IMG/VR virus record: IMGVR_UViG_3300007622_000004
Span: 1,462-65,461 of that record
Reading direction: 5' to 3' (one strand)
From: a virus
Lineage: Duplodnaviria > Caudoviricetes
DNA length: 64,000 bases
In this document: in pieces, positions 1 to 10,240 of the stretch
Layout of the letters: the number at the start of each line of letters is the position of its first letter
Position numbering within the stretch: position 1 is the stretch's first letter
Translations under genes and position numbers: made by a program
Notes under the pieces: generated by a model
What the model saw: only the letters and a program-made list of their open reading frames with translations
Databases searched by the model: none
What the model was told of the DNA's origin: nothing

Positions 1-1028
1 AGTTTTACGTTCTTTGCAATGACGTATGATTCAAGATTCTCTACGTTATTTGCAATTCGCATAAACTGTGTGTACTCAATTGCATCAGTTTTTGGCTTGA
101 ATTGACGATACAGGGTGATATCGCGGTGGATACCAACAATTCTGTTGTTAGGGAATGTCAATTCAACATAACCATGATTACCTGCTGCTGCTGAATAATC
201 TCCAGCAACTGTCTCTGGCATCAAAGGTACTTCAACTAGAGGAATGCCGTATGGCGACAATCCTGTTGCTCCAAGTCCACCATTTGAACGAATTGCACCA
301 TTAAAGAATGCTTGCTCACCAAAAGTTGAAGCTGGAGCTGGTGCTCCTGCTGTTGCTAATGTTGCCGAGTTTGGATTCTGAAGGCTGAAAGCCGTATCTT
401 GTACGACTGCCGAACCTGTAAAGAATTTAAGCTCGTTACGGCGTTGCAAGTACTTGTTTGGCATGTTGCGAAGAACTCTGTCAAATGTCGCACGAGAAAC
501 GTTGTTTCCGCCTTCATCAACAGTTGTTGCTCCGGCCAAAGCTCTCTTGGTGAAACCATCAAGAGCCTTAAGAAGACCGTTGTTTGAAGATGTGTTACCA
601 CTAATCAACAAATCGTCCAAATCGTTAGCTGTTTGACGAGCCATGATTTGAGCAAGGTGATCTTCAAGTGAAGCACCTTCAATGTTATCTTCCAACGACT
701 CAGTTGACATTGACCAATCAAGACGAAGCTTAACGCTTGTCATAGATACTTTCGTAAAGGTTACTGCTGCGTTTGTACCATCATCTGTAATTTCGGTTGC
801 TTTTGCCAAGAGGCGAGTACCTACGGACACCTTATCAATTTCCATTGATGGTGTACGCATGCGCACAACTCTTGAGTTCTGCATAAGAACGGATTGATCA
901 ACTACAAAATCAATAAACCTATTTGATTGTGCTGGCTGAAGCAAACCGTGTGCTGACGTAATGCTGGTGCCTGCGCCTCCAGATGTTACTTCGTTAGCTT
1001 TTGCTAAAATTTCTTCTTGTGTTGCCAT
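1..1028 (-). CDS. Major capsid protein (HK97-fold), 3' end runs off window
   Basis: Not in ORF track; hand translation from ATG 1028: MATQEEILAKANEVTSGGAG...GLLQPAQSNRFIDFVVDQSVLMQNSRVVRMRTPSMEIDKV; GGAGG RBS; directly follows protease/scaffold and portal. Confidence 0.88.
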   Translation of the reverse strand, partial: MATQEEILAKANEVTSGGAGTSITSAHGLLQPAQSNRFIDFVVDQSVLMQNSRVVRMRTPSMEIDKVSVGTRLLAKATEITDDGTNAAVTFTKVSMTSVKLRLDWSMSTESLEDNIEGASLEDHLAQIMARQTANDLDDLLISGNTSSNNGLLKALDGFTKRALAGATTVDEGGNNVSRATFDRVLRNMPNKYLQRRNELKFFTGSAVVQDTAFSLQNPNSATLATAGAPAPASTFGEQAFFNGAIRSNGGLGATGLSPYGIPLVEVPLMPETVAGDYSAAAGNHGYVELTFPNNRIVGIHRDITLYRQFKPKTDAIEYTQFMRIANNVENLESYVIAKNVK

Positions 1029-1047
1029 AGTAAATTTCCTCCTTACC

Positions 1048-2508
1048 TTATGACTTATAACCCAAAGACTCAATAAGGCTTTGGTCTAAATAAACGTTTT
1101 TCCAGAATGACTCAGGCTTGGCTTGTGATTTTACAATCTTTTCGCCATCTTCATCGTCTTCAGGATCTACACTTTTCTTTACAGCTCCGGCGTGAGCAAT
1201 TTGCTCAACCTTTGCTGTTTGCTCTTCAAGAGCAACTTCAGTTGCAGCCAGCTTTGCAGCCAACTCTTCTTTCTGAACCTCAACGCTCTTGGCGACTTCT
1301 TCAATCTTAGCCGAAACACTTGCATCAACTTCCTCTTTGAAAGATTTTGCAAAATCAGTTAGCTTCTGATCAATTACTGCACCAAGTGCTTCTTTAAGAA
1401 CTTCAATATCCATTTCTTGTTCCTCCACTTGTTCAACACTAACTTCATCTTCAATCAAAGTTTCAGTTTCGTGATCGGACTTTTCTAGCCCTAAGTCTTC
1501 ATCTGGATTATCAACAACCCAGTTAATAAATTTCTTAATTAAAGATAGTTTATTATCTGTCAATGTTTTTTCCATATGAATTACCTTATCATAGTTTACA
1601 TCATTATGCAATTCTTTTCCAGTACTTTCAATTTCTTTTTCAGTACATTCATCATTTGATTTTTTCATATTCTTATACCTCTCCAATAACCTTCTTCCTT
1701 TCGCCGCTAAAGCAGCTGCATCTTCCGCATTTTGCGGAACAGGTTCCCCCCAAGCCCTTGCTGATAAAGCAAGCCTTGTTGGTCTACCTTTAGAATCTTT
1801 CATCGGGCCCGATGGGTTTGTAAAAAATCTTGTCAAAAAAGAACCTTTACGGCGCATTTTTTCTGGAGTATTGGCTGGCCCTTTAACACCTGGTTTTAGG
1901 TTAGCACCTTCTGTTTGTTTAAAATGCCTTCTCCCAGCAGCAGTCAATCCACCTTTAGGATCTTTCAAAGGCGCTTTATCTGCTTTTTCAAAATCAGGGT
2001 CAAGAACGTAATCAAGATTACCTTCAATGTCCATTTTTACAAGGTCAATCGTAGCAAGAGCATTGGCTGGATTATCAACGAGACTTAACTCACCAAGCTC
2101 ATATTCCTTAATAACATTGATAGGTCTTCCATTGTGCATTTTACCAGCAAGAATTTCTTTTTTCATAATTCTTCCACCAATAGAGAAAGCACGAAGAGTG
2201 CCATCAAGAACTTTTTGCCAAGTTGCTTCAGCACCTTTAGAAATGTAAGCCTCTACTTCAATAGCGTTATACTCTTTTCCATCAGCATCTTTCATTTTAA
2301 TTGGCTTGTAACTGATAGCTTTGCCAACAGCAATAGGGGCATGCATCTCTCGGATATTACCTTGCCAATTTTTAAAAGCAATTTCTGAAGCTATAAACTC
2401 AACAACATCATTTGATTTATCAACATTATCTGCGGTAGCAATACCAGAAATAATACGTTGTTCTTTTTTAATCATGTTAATTGGAAAAGAAAAATTAAAA
2501 TTATCCAT
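1048..2508 (-). CDS. Prohead protease with inserted basic domain (DUF6321-like) and C-terminal coiled-coil scaffold
   Basis: N-term IISGIATADNVD..REMH..FSIGG..ELSLVDNPAN is HK97-type protease; central KDPKGGLTAAGR..RLALSARAWG module; acidic heptad C-term; between portal and capsid. Confidence 0.85.
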   Translation of the reverse strand: MDNFNFSFPINMIKKEQRIISGIATADNVDKSNDVVEFIASEIAFKNWQGNIREMHAPIAVGKAISYKPIKMKDADGKEYNAIEVEAYISKGAEATWQKVLDGTLRAFSIGGRIMKKEILAGKMHNGRPINVIKEYELGELSLVDNPANALATIDLVKMDIEGNLDYVLDPDFEKADKAPLKDPKGGLTAAGRRHFKQTEGANLKPGVKGPANTPEKMRRKGSFLTRFFTNPSGPMKDSKGRPTRLALSARAWGEPVPQNAEDAAALAAKGRRLLERYKNMKKSNDECTEKEIESTGKELHNDVNYDKVIHMEKTLTDNKLSLIKKFINWVVDNPDEDLGLEKSDHETETLIEDEVSVEQVEEQEMDIEVLKEALGAVIDQKLTDFAKSFKEEVDASVSAKIEEVAKSVEVQKEELAAKLAATEVALEEQTAKVEQIAHAGAVKKSVDPEDDEDGEKIVKSQAKPESFWKNVYLDQSLIESLGYKS

Positions 2509-2552
2509 ATGTAGTATCTTACAGTATATTGTATTATTTTAATATAAGCAAA

Positions 2553-2828
2553 TTATGCAACTGCATAGACTGCTAAAGTAACGCCAGCAGTCATAACTTG
2601 GAACTTAGTGTAATCCCCTTCTACTTCAACATAACCCCCACCGCTATCTTTTGCTGGAATCAGCACTTGGTGTGGGCCTCCGTTAAGTTTAACAACTGCG
2701 TCAGTTGTTGCATGTGTATTATGAAAATGAAGACAACTTGTGTGTCCATTTATTGAAACAACTCCTGATGCACCGCTTGCGCTAGTAACAGCTGTGTTAG
2801 AGAAAATAATTGCGTTATCGTGACTCAT
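2553..2828 (-). CDS. Small head-module protein, beta-rich
   Basis: 91 aa, ATGA-coupled to portal stop. Confidence 0.65.
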   Translation of the reverse strand: MSHDNAIIFSNTAVTSASGASGVVSINGHTSCLHFHNTHATTDAVVKLNGGPHQVLIPAKDSGGGYVEVEGDYTKFQVMTAGVTLAVYAVA

Positions 2829-4435
2829 TCAGAACCTCCTGTGGTATCTTGTACTTGACCTCTCTCCGCTTGGTCCCCAGATTCTCGTGGATCTGAAGAA
2901 CCTTCTGGCGTATCAGAGCGAGCATTACGGGGTTGAGCCGAGATGTTATTAGAATTCCCAACCGGAGCTCCTGGCCCAGATTGTTCTTTCTTAATTTTTG
3001 TTGGGAACGGCAAAGGCACATCTCCGTCTGTCCTTTCAGGCAAACCAAGCGTTGAGCGAACTTCGTTTGGTGACAAAATTTCCGTTCTCAAATATCTATC
3101 ATTAATTCTAGATTGAATATCTTCATCAATCAAATCAATACGTTTAAATCTAAATTCAAGCAAATCTGAAAATTCAGCAATAATCCTGTTTAATCTTTTT
3201 TCAATAATAGCTTGGTCTGGCCCAATAACTTGAGTTTTAAAAGTCTTATCGGCATCGCGAGAAACCGCAAGGTTGGCGTTGTCATAAACTCCTACCTTTG
3301 GAGCAGGAACCCTATTTGCTACTAAAATTTCATCACGATTACCTTTACGATACTTATCAAAAGAAGAATCCTGAACACCTGCTTCAAGTTTCTCAAACCG
3401 AATATCGCTATCTGAGCCAATAGAGGAAGGAATAGGGATAACTAAAGTTCCGTGATTACGCCCTTTTACTTCTTTTCTAAAATAATTAATTAATTCTTGT
3501 TTTGATTTATTGCTAAGTTTTGCGCCTTTAAGAATAATTGCGTAACGAGGAATTGCTTTATTTTCAAAATAATCAATATTATATTCTTTAGCAAACTTAT
3601 CACCAACAATAGCAGTAGCTGCAGAAACAGCAGAAGGAATTCCATAATATGTATTCTTCGGAGAGTATGTTTTAAAATGAATTACTTCATTAGGCGTTGG
3701 GTCGTTATTAATTGGATCAAGGCTTTCCTTATCACCATAATTTCTAAAATAAACTGCAGTTATCTTATTACTGTTCGCAATTTGCACATACCCATCTCTT
3801 TTTCTTCTAACACGAACAAGAGTTCCTGGGATATGACCAATGTAGCCAATTTCCCCAAGATTGTTGCGGCCAATTTCCATATAGCCGTTTCCTATAGTTA
3901 AAACGTCTTGCCAAATCTTAATCATTGTTTCAAGAAAAGTTTCTTCAATGTTTACGTTTTCAAAAATTTCTTCTAGCCTTTCCTTTTCGTCTTGAAAAGA
4001 TTTCCTGACCCTATATCTTTTCTCATCATCATCAGAAGCTTTTTCAATTTTTCTTTTTGCTTTCATATTTTCTACAAATTCAAAACCTAAGCCAACAGTA
4101 TTCATAACTCTTGCAGCAATAGATGCATTATGAATAGCGCTAGAGTCATAAAGGCCGGCTAAAACATCCAGGTCATAAGGAGGAGTTACGACATCATAAA
4201 GGGTATAACCATCTAAAGTTAGTGGGTCAATCCATTTAGACTTAGTGCCGTCAATGCCTTCAAATTTTTTTGAAAGCTTGTTAACTTTTCTTTTCATTTT
4301 TATAGATAGATTATCAAAGTTAACTTTCGTAAAAGGATCATCTACAATGATTTCAGAATCTTGTGGATAATAAGATAAATCATCAATTTCATTAACAACT
4401 ATTTCATCTTCAACGTGATAAATTTTCTTTTCCAT
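2825..4435 (-). CDS. Portal protein
   Basis: 536 aa; EVIHFKTYSPKNTYYGIP, ILSPNEVRSTLGLP motifs; head gene context. Confidence 0.9.
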   Translation of the reverse strand: MEKKIYHVEDEIVVNEIDDLSYYPQDSEIIVDDPFTKVNFDNLSIKMKRKVNKLSKKFEGIDGTKSKWIDPLTLDGYTLYDVVTPPYDLDVLAGLYDSSAIHNASIAARVMNTVGLGFEFVENMKAKRKIEKASDDDEKRYRVRKSFQDEKERLEEIFENVNIEETFLETMIKIWQDVLTIGNGYMEIGRNNLGEIGYIGHIPGTLVRVRRKRDGYVQIANSNKITAVYFRNYGDKESLDPINNDPTPNEVIHFKTYSPKNTYYGIPSAVSAATAIVGDKFAKEYNIDYFENKAIPRYAIILKGAKLSNKSKQELINYFRKEVKGRNHGTLVIPIPSSIGSDSDIRFEKLEAGVQDSSFDKYRKGNRDEILVANRVPAPKVGVYDNANLAVSRDADKTFKTQVIGPDQAIIEKRLNRIIAEFSDLLEFRFKRIDLIDEDIQSRINDRYLRTEILSPNEVRSTLGLPERTDGDVPLPFPTKIKKEQSGPGAPVGNSNNISAQPRNARSDTPEGSSDPRESGDQAERGQVQDTTGGSE

Positions 4436-4436
4436 A

Positions 4437-4766
4437 TTACCTCTTTTCTAAATTATCAAAAGCATCTTCAAACGGGTCTGGCATTAGACCATCGTTTAAT
4501 CTTTCTATTTGATCTTCTCTTTCTGATTGACTAACTTTTCTTGCTCCGTGAATCCAAGCAACATAACCTTCATCACTACCAGACCAGTACTTGCCAGCTT
4601 CAGCAACTTTACTTTCAATTTTTGGGTCATCTACAAAACCTTCAGCAGATAAAGCATTACCATCAGCATCCATTAAAGCTTTACCGTCAGGTAAAACCCA
4701 AATGCACACCCCCCATGTTCGCGGAGGTACCCAAATTTTTTTCTTTTTAATGATATCAAGTTCCAT
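4437..4766 (-). CDS. Hypothetical protein
   Basis: 109 aa ORF abutting portal; TATACT upstream. Confidence 0.7.
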   Translation of the reverse strand: MELDIIKKKKIWVPPRTWGVCIWVLPDGKALMDADGNALSAEGFVDDPKIESKVAEAGKYWSGSDEGYVAWIHGARKVSQSEREDQIERLNDGLMPDPFEDAFDNLEKR

Positions 4767-4836
4767 TTAGATACAAGTATACACGATTTTTGTTAAATAG
4801 TGAACATTTTTTTCTTTAAAATGATGTTTTTGGTTA

Positions 4837-6765
4837 CTAACGAATCGGACAAGCACCAGTTGAGCAGTCATCAAGTTCCAACATTGAACCAGAAGGCGTT
4901 TCTTGTATCTCTACAGAAAAATCTAACTTTGACAATATCTTACTATACTCATCTTTTGTTATCTCTTCATACGGGGGCAACAAGAAATTGTGTTCTACAT
5001 GCAACAAGAAAGACACTGATTTAATACCGTTGTTATAATTTTTACTCAACCATTGCTTTATATCAGACAACTCTTCTTTTTTATAATACACAGTTACCGA
5101 AACAGCATTGTCTGCCCAAATAGTTTGCATTTTTTTAACCCATTCAAGCTGATCTATTGCTGTCATATTTTTTGCTAAAACAGAACCTTCTGGGGATTCA
5201 CACGGAAATTCAACAACATATTTAGTATGATCTTCTCTTCCGTCAATACCAACATCCCAAACAACCTTATACCCTTTCTTACGACATAAAGCAACTAGCG
5301 GGTCAACGGAGCTAAAACGAACTCTGCGAATGTAGTACTGAGCAAAAGCAGGATGTATTCCTGGAGTTACACCAGCAAGCAAAGACAGTGTGCCTGAAGG
5401 TTGAACTGTAGTTAACCTAATTGAATTATTCCAATTTTTTTCTTTACTATATTTTTTATCATAATCTTTTAGATAAGAATAAACTTCAGAAAGCCAATTA
5501 ATTTTTTCTTCAGAACATTGCAAAATCCCAGTAACAGATTGGCCAAGACGAGCATTTTTGTGAACAATTGTATTTGTTTTTTCATAAGGGTAAGAAAGCC
5601 GAGTTACTTGTTTTTGAATCATATATAGTAATCTAGAAATTTCTTTAAATTGCTCAATTGATTCAACATTAGGCAAAAATATTGTTGCTAAATTGCAAGA
5701 CTCACCATCGGCAAGAGCAATCTCAGCACACGGGTTAAACCCATCAATTGTTGGATCTGAAGATTTCTCCCCAAGTCTTCCATAATTTCTAGCGAGTTTT
5801 CTATTGACCAAACCATAAGGTTCCCCCGAACCGTCATAACCTTTCCACAGTTCCGACATAATCTCATCATACGAATCAGCATAAATTGAATTATTGCTAT
5901 TAGCTCTCCAGCCAGGGACATCTCCAGATGACCAGTTTTTTGCTCTTAAAAACAAAACATCATCAGGATCACCAATTGCAATTTGAGCCGAACGGCGAGA
6001 TGAACCCGACACAACAACCCTTCCAATAATATTGCAAATATCTAACACATCAATTGAACGAAGTTTCTTACCAACTCTTTGATTCAAGATATTACAAATA
6101 TCAGTAATGCCATCAACCAAAGCTCCTGGGCCAGAAGCTGTACCACCAAACGTTTTCACTGGTGCTCCAAACTCACGAATCAAAATAGTTGAGTATGTAA
6201 AAGATTTACCAGTAACAAAATAAGACTCAAGAACTTTATGGAGTAGTTCTCTCCAACCTTGTCTTGAATCGGGGATAATAAAATCAGCATCATTGCTTCT
6301 TTCTGATTTAATATAAGAAACTTGTTTTACTTTTGGTAAGTCATGAATTTTTGAACGCTCTACAGAAAAACCAACTCCCCCGCCAAGCATCAAGTAATCA
6401 AACAACAACTCAAAATCTTCAATCTTTTCAATGTTTGTAAAAAAACAATTATTCAAAGATGTTCCAGAAAATTTTTGAACCAAAGGTGTTCCTAGCTGCC
6501 AAAGAGATCTTCCAGCAACACTGCACCTCAAATTAAACATATGGTCAAACAAAGATTCTGCTTCTTCTTGAGTAAACAAAACACCAATCTCAACAGCTCC
6601 ATTTATAACTCTAGAAAGAGTCTCAACCCAAGTTTCGTTTCTTTCTGAATTTTCAGTTTTCCTGCTATAGGTCCTCATATAAACAACTTCACCAAGACCA
6701 CCAAAACCCCACGGTGCTTGTTTTTTTGTATATGGCAATAAAAACTCAGCAGACAGAATAGACAT
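4837..6765 (-). CDS. nrdJ: Class II (B12-dependent) ribonucleotide reductase
   Basis: SLNNC, GGGVG, NPCAEI catalytic loop, TTVQPSGT, C-terminal CSTGACPIR. Confidence 0.92.
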   Translation of the reverse strand: MSILSAEFLLPYTKKQAPWGFGGLGEVVYMRTYSRKTENSERNETWVETLSRVINGAVEIGVLFTQEEAESLFDHMFNLRCSVAGRSLWQLGTPLVQKFSGTSLNNCFFTNIEKIEDFELLFDYLMLGGGVGFSVERSKIHDLPKVKQVSYIKSERSNDADFIIPDSRQGWRELLHKVLESYFVTGKSFTYSTILIREFGAPVKTFGGTASGPGALVDGITDICNILNQRVGKKLRSIDVLDICNIIGRVVVSGSSRRSAQIAIGDPDDVLFLRAKNWSSGDVPGWRANSNNSIYADSYDEIMSELWKGYDGSGEPYGLVNRKLARNYGRLGEKSSDPTIDGFNPCAEIALADGESCNLATIFLPNVESIEQFKEISRLLYMIQKQVTRLSYPYEKTNTIVHKNARLGQSVTGILQCSEEKINWLSEVYSYLKDYDKKYSKEKNWNNSIRLTTVQPSGTLSLLAGVTPGIHPAFAQYYIRRVRFSSVDPLVALCRKKGYKVVWDVGIDGREDHTKYVVEFPCESPEGSVLAKNMTAIDQLEWVKKMQTIWADNAVSVTVYYKKEELSDIKQWLSKNYNNGIKSVSFLLHVEHNFLLPPYEEITKDEYSKILSKLDFSVEIQETPSGSMLELDDCSTGACPIR

Positions 6766-6828
6766 TTAACCTCCAATAATTGTAATTAATAAGTTTACCA
6801 CTGTAAAAAATATGAAGACTTAATTTTA

Positions 6829-7848
6829 CTAGGGCTTAATTATTGAATTTTCAAAAAACTCAATACGTTCAATAACTTTATCAGCAACTGCGGCCCAAGA
6901 TTGCTCTTTGTGAATTATTTTTGCAGATTGAATTGTATATTTTTTAAAATCATCATAATGATCTACAACATTTTCCATCAATTCTGTAAGATTTTCTAAA
7001 TCTGGATATGCCCATAGCCCAGTGTCTTCACCATAAAAATTGTTATTCCAAGAAGCTTCACCATATGTGGCTTCTAAAGGAATTGAATAATGAGCAAAAT
7101 CTTTACATCCGGTTGCATTTGTCACAATTGTAGGCATCCCTGTTGCTATTGCTTCAAAAGGAATCATGCCGAATCCTTCCCCCATTGTTGGATAAATCAG
7201 ACAATGACATTTGTGATATAAAGCAATTAAATCTTCAGTAGTCAAATCATATGATATTCCAATAATCTGAGGGTGTTGAGTTGCCGGAACAAGTTTGCCT
7301 CCAACATAAGCTTCTGCTAAACAAAAATTATTGTATTTCAAAACTAGTCTAAAATCATTATTGCCTTCGTACAAATCTAAAAAAGCATCTACTGCCATTT
7401 GAGCATTTTTTCGTTTGCTATCTCCGCCAACATGAAGAAAATTAAAAAATCCAGTAATTTCTCTATCAATTATTTTAAACTCTGGGCTAATGCCGTGAGG
7501 AATAACATGAACATTTGTGTGAACTTTGTTGTCTAAATAAATTTCTTTAACAAAGTTAGATGTTGCCCAAATCTCATCTTGAGTTTGCATATTAAATTTC
7601 CAACCATTTGGAATTTTTGTAGACTCCCAAGGAGTGTACCCAATTTTGTAATAATTTCCGGATTGATAATAATAAGGCTGGCAAAAATTAATATGAAAAG
7701 GAATATCATTTTTGTTATAAAAAACTGCTATTTCTTTTTCACGAAGAGCAGAAATTAGTTGAAGTGCAGCAATACTGTATCCTTGAGAGTACCAATTAAG
7801 GCCGCTAATGTCTGTAGCGCTAGGAGTGAACCAACTAATTTTTTTCAT
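6829..7848 (-). CDS. Glycosyltransferase family 4
   Basis: HVIPHGI, RKN, YPTMGEGFGMIPFEAIATGMP (E-x7-E) motifs; paralog of 50041..51108. Confidence 0.88.
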   Translation of the reverse strand: MKKISWFTPSATDISGLNWYSQGYSIAALQLISALREKEIAVFYNKNDIPFHINFCQPYYYQSGNYYKIGYTPWESTKIPNGWKFNMQTQDEIWATSNFVKEIYLDNKVHTNVHVIPHGISPEFKIIDREITGFFNFLHVGGDSKRKNAQMAVDAFLDLYEGNNDFRLVLKYNNFCLAEAYVGGKLVPATQHPQIIGISYDLTTEDLIALYHKCHCLIYPTMGEGFGMIPFEAIATGMPTIVTNATGCKDFAHYSIPLEATYGEASWNNNFYGEDTGLWAYPDLENLTELMENVVDHYDDFKKYTIQSAKIIHKEQSWAAVADKVIERIEFFENSIIKP

Positions 7849-7854
7849 TGATAG

Positions 7855-8103
7855 TTAATCTTTCTTTTGTTTGTTTTTCTTGATGGGTTTATTTGTTTCA
7901 CTTAGATCAAAACATTTTACACCATTGGACATTAATTTATCAGCTTGTTCTTCAGAAATTTCAGAAGTAACAGGCATATCACTAAACAAACATCTTGTAG
8001 CTGCTAAATAAAAATCACTAATTTTTGTAATAGTTATATAAGACGGGTCAACAATTGCAGCACCGCTGTAATCATCTGATTCTACAATTGCTATAATTTT
8101 CAT
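7855..8103 (-). CDS. Hypothetical protein, leaderless
   Basis: 82 aa; TGaTATACT-N6-ATG upstream. Confidence 0.7.
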   Translation of the reverse strand: MKIIAIVESDDYSGAAIVDPSYITITKISDFYLAATRCLFSDMPVTSEISEEQADKLMSNGVKCFDLSETNKPIKKNKQKKD

Positions 8104-8147
8104 AACGCAAGTATATCATCGTTTTTACTTCTAAACGAACAATCTCA

Positions 8148-8233
8148 AGTATGCTTAGTATACTTAGTATGCTTAGTATTTATTGATTAATTAGTTTTTT
8201 TGGCATGCTCTCGCACGCCAGTATACTAGTATA
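8148..8233. promoter_or_regulatory. Repeats and palindrome in divergent intergenic region
   Basis: CTTAGTAT x3 at 9-bp period (8154, 8163, 8172); palindrome TATACTAGTATA 8222-8233. Confidence 0.45.
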
Positions 8234-8307
8234 AGAAAGCAAATTTCAAGTCCAAACAAAAATTTTTACAATTTGATTTCTGCAAAAAAATGTGAAAGAA
8301 TGTGAGC

Positions 8308-8472
8308 ATGCAAAAAATTATTGTATTCACAACATATCATTTATTCATGGCTACCCTTTTAAAATTCAGTATTCAAAGAGGCTTTGATCACAATATTGGG
8401 TTACTGTCTGCCCTAGGATTTTCTTTAATTATCAATATTGCTTGCAGTTTGTTTAAAAATGCTAACAAATAA
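8308..8472 (+). CDS. Small hydrophobic protein (54 aa)
   Basis: Hand translation MQKIIVFTTYHLFMATLLKFSIQRGFDHNIGLLSALGFSLIINIACSLFKNANK; overlaps next start. Confidence 0.45.
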   Translation: MQKIIVFTTYHLFMATLLKFSIQRGFDHNIGLLSALGFSLIINIACSLFKNANK

Positions 8473-8854
8473 ACAATATTCTTTTTTAAAAAATAAAAAA
8501 GTTTTATTGTTAAGTGATACAGGAAACCCTTATAAATATTTAATTAATTTTATTCCAGAATTAATTAATTCTAAAGTTTATATTTATGTTTCTCCAGCTT
8601 CTACTTCAAAATTTATTAGATTGTTTGTAAAACAAAGTTTAAATAAAAAAGTTAAAATTATAGAAGATAAAAATTTTTCTATGTTTTATAATAATAAAAT
8701 TAAAGATTATTATGTTTGTATTTTTTTTGGCAAAAATACAACAAAAGAAACAAAAATCCTTAAAAGACTTACTCGTGATATGTTATTATTATATAATAAT
8801 ATTATAGTTATTACAGAAAACGGAGTGGATTACGATGAGGATCATAGCATTTGA
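8459..8854 (+). CDS. Hypothetical protein
   Basis: ORF track 8438..8854; ATG at 8459 preferred. Confidence 0.55.
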   Translation: MLTNKQYSFLKNKKVLLLSDTGNPYKYLINFIPELINSKVYIYVSPASTSKFIRLFVKQSLNKKVKIIEDKNFSMFYNNKIKDYYVCIFFGKNTTKETKILKRLTRDMLLLYNNIIVITENGVDYDEDHSI

Positions 8855-9125
8855 TGGTGATAGTGAACTAGAGGAAATTCCTAGTTTAACTATCATCATA
8901 AAAGCTGTCCCTTTTGAAGATTCTTTTGTTCCGGCTTTTTTTATACAAACTCCTGATGACGATCATGATATGACAATTGAAGAATTAAATTCTTTAATGG
9001 ATGGAGTTGAGATTGCTCAAAGATCTATTGATAGAATTATTTCATTTATTTTAAAACAAAGTTATAGAGAACTTGATAACAAATATAAAAATTATGAAAC
9101 AGACGGAGAAGATGATGAAACATAA
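8835..9125 (+). CDS. Hypothetical acidic protein
   Basis: 96 aa, GGAG RBS, overlapping operon. Confidence 0.7.
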   Translation: MRIIAFDGDSELEEIPSLTIIIKAVPFEDSFVPAFFIQTPDDDHDMTIEELNSLMDGVEIAQRSIDRIISFILKQSYRELDNKYKNYETDGEDDET

Positions 9126-9438
9126 TTATTACGATTTAATAAATCAAGGACACATCCTTGGTGGGTTAATAGAAGACTTTTATTACCCTGAAAAAATTTG
9201 CCCGTATTGCTTTAAACCTCTTGTACCTGTTCAAGCAATTCATTGGATAGAAGATAAATTCCAATATAAAGCCTTGTATTTTTGTTCATATGGCGAATGC
9301 CCTGTATATGATGAGGGCGCTAAGAAAGCTTACGCCCGAATATATTACTCTTCGGAACAAGCATATGCTGAGTTTTGTGAAGTTCAAATGCCTGTTCAAA
9401 GGTGGGAGCAAGCAGACGTTGTTAGCATTTACAAATAG
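9112..9438 (+). CDS. Zn-finger-like hypothetical protein
   Basis: CPYC ... CSYGEC; GGAG RBS before ATG 9112. Confidence 0.7.
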   Translation: MMKHNYYDLINQGHILGGLIEDFYYPEKICPYCFKPLVPVQAIHWIEDKFQYKALYFCSYGECPVYDEGAKKAYARIYYSSEQAYAEFCEVQMPVQRWEQADVVSIYK

Positions 9439-9459
9439 TGTGATAAAATTGTAAGAACT

Positions 9460-10203
9460 ATGCCAATTCAATCATGTTCAAATAAAGGCAATCCAGGATA
9501 CAAATGGGGAGAGCAAGGTTCTTGCTACACATACACTGCCGGAGATGAGAAATCAATGAAGGAAGCAAAAAGTAAAGCTCAACTTCAAGGCCTTGCTGCG
9601 CGTTTAAATGGCTACAAAGAAAAAGCAAACGAAGTTACAACATCCTCTATGGGATCAGGTTTAAAAAATCCTCAACAAGGTTACTCTCCTAAAAAGAAAA
9701 AGAAAAAACCAGAAAATATTTTCAAAGATATTGAAAAGAGCTTAACTCAATGGTTTGAAGAAAAATGGGTAGACATCTCTAGACCTAAAAAAGGTGGAGG
9801 TTTCCAACCATGTGGTCGGGAAGATGCAAAAAGTGGAAAATATCCAAAATGTGTTCCGGCTGCGCAGGCTGCAAGAATGACCCCTGCGCAAATCAGTTCG
9901 GCAGTTAATAGAAAAAGAAGAGCTGAATCAACTCAGTCAAGAGAAGATAAAAAACCGATTAATGTTTCTACAGATGTTAAGAAAGCAAGTGTTAATGTGC
10001 CAACCAACCCGGCTTTATATGCTCGTGTAAAAGCAGAGGCCAAAGCTAAATTTGATGTATACCCTTCAGCGTATGCAAACGCTTGGCTTGTTAGAGAGTA
10101 CAAAAAGCGTGGCGGAGGGTATAGGACAGTAAGTAAATCAGATGATGGCTCAGATAATCTTATTAAGTATTTAAAAAATAAGGTGGTAGAATTCTTAATG
10201 TGA
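9460..10203 (+). CDS. Composite basic protein of small modules found in phage head-associated proteins (DUF5872-like)
   Basis: GYKWGEQGSCYTY; WFEEKWVDISRPK..PCGR..YPKCVP; PTNPALYARVK..YPSAYANAWLVREYKKRGG modules. Confidence 0.7.
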   Translation: MPIQSCSNKGNPGYKWGEQGSCYTYTAGDEKSMKEAKSKAQLQGLAARLNGYKEKANEVTTSSMGSGLKNPQQGYSPKKKKKKPENIFKDIEKSLTQWFEEKWVDISRPKKGGGFQPCGREDAKSGKYPKCVPAAQAARMTPAQISSAVNRKRRAESTQSREDKKPINVSTDVKKASVNVPTNPALYARVKAEAKAKFDVYPSAYANAWLVREYKKRGGGYRTVSKSDDGSDNLIKYLKNKVVEFLM

Positions 10204-10240
10204 TATGCTTAATAGCATATCTTTGATATAAGGAGAATTT

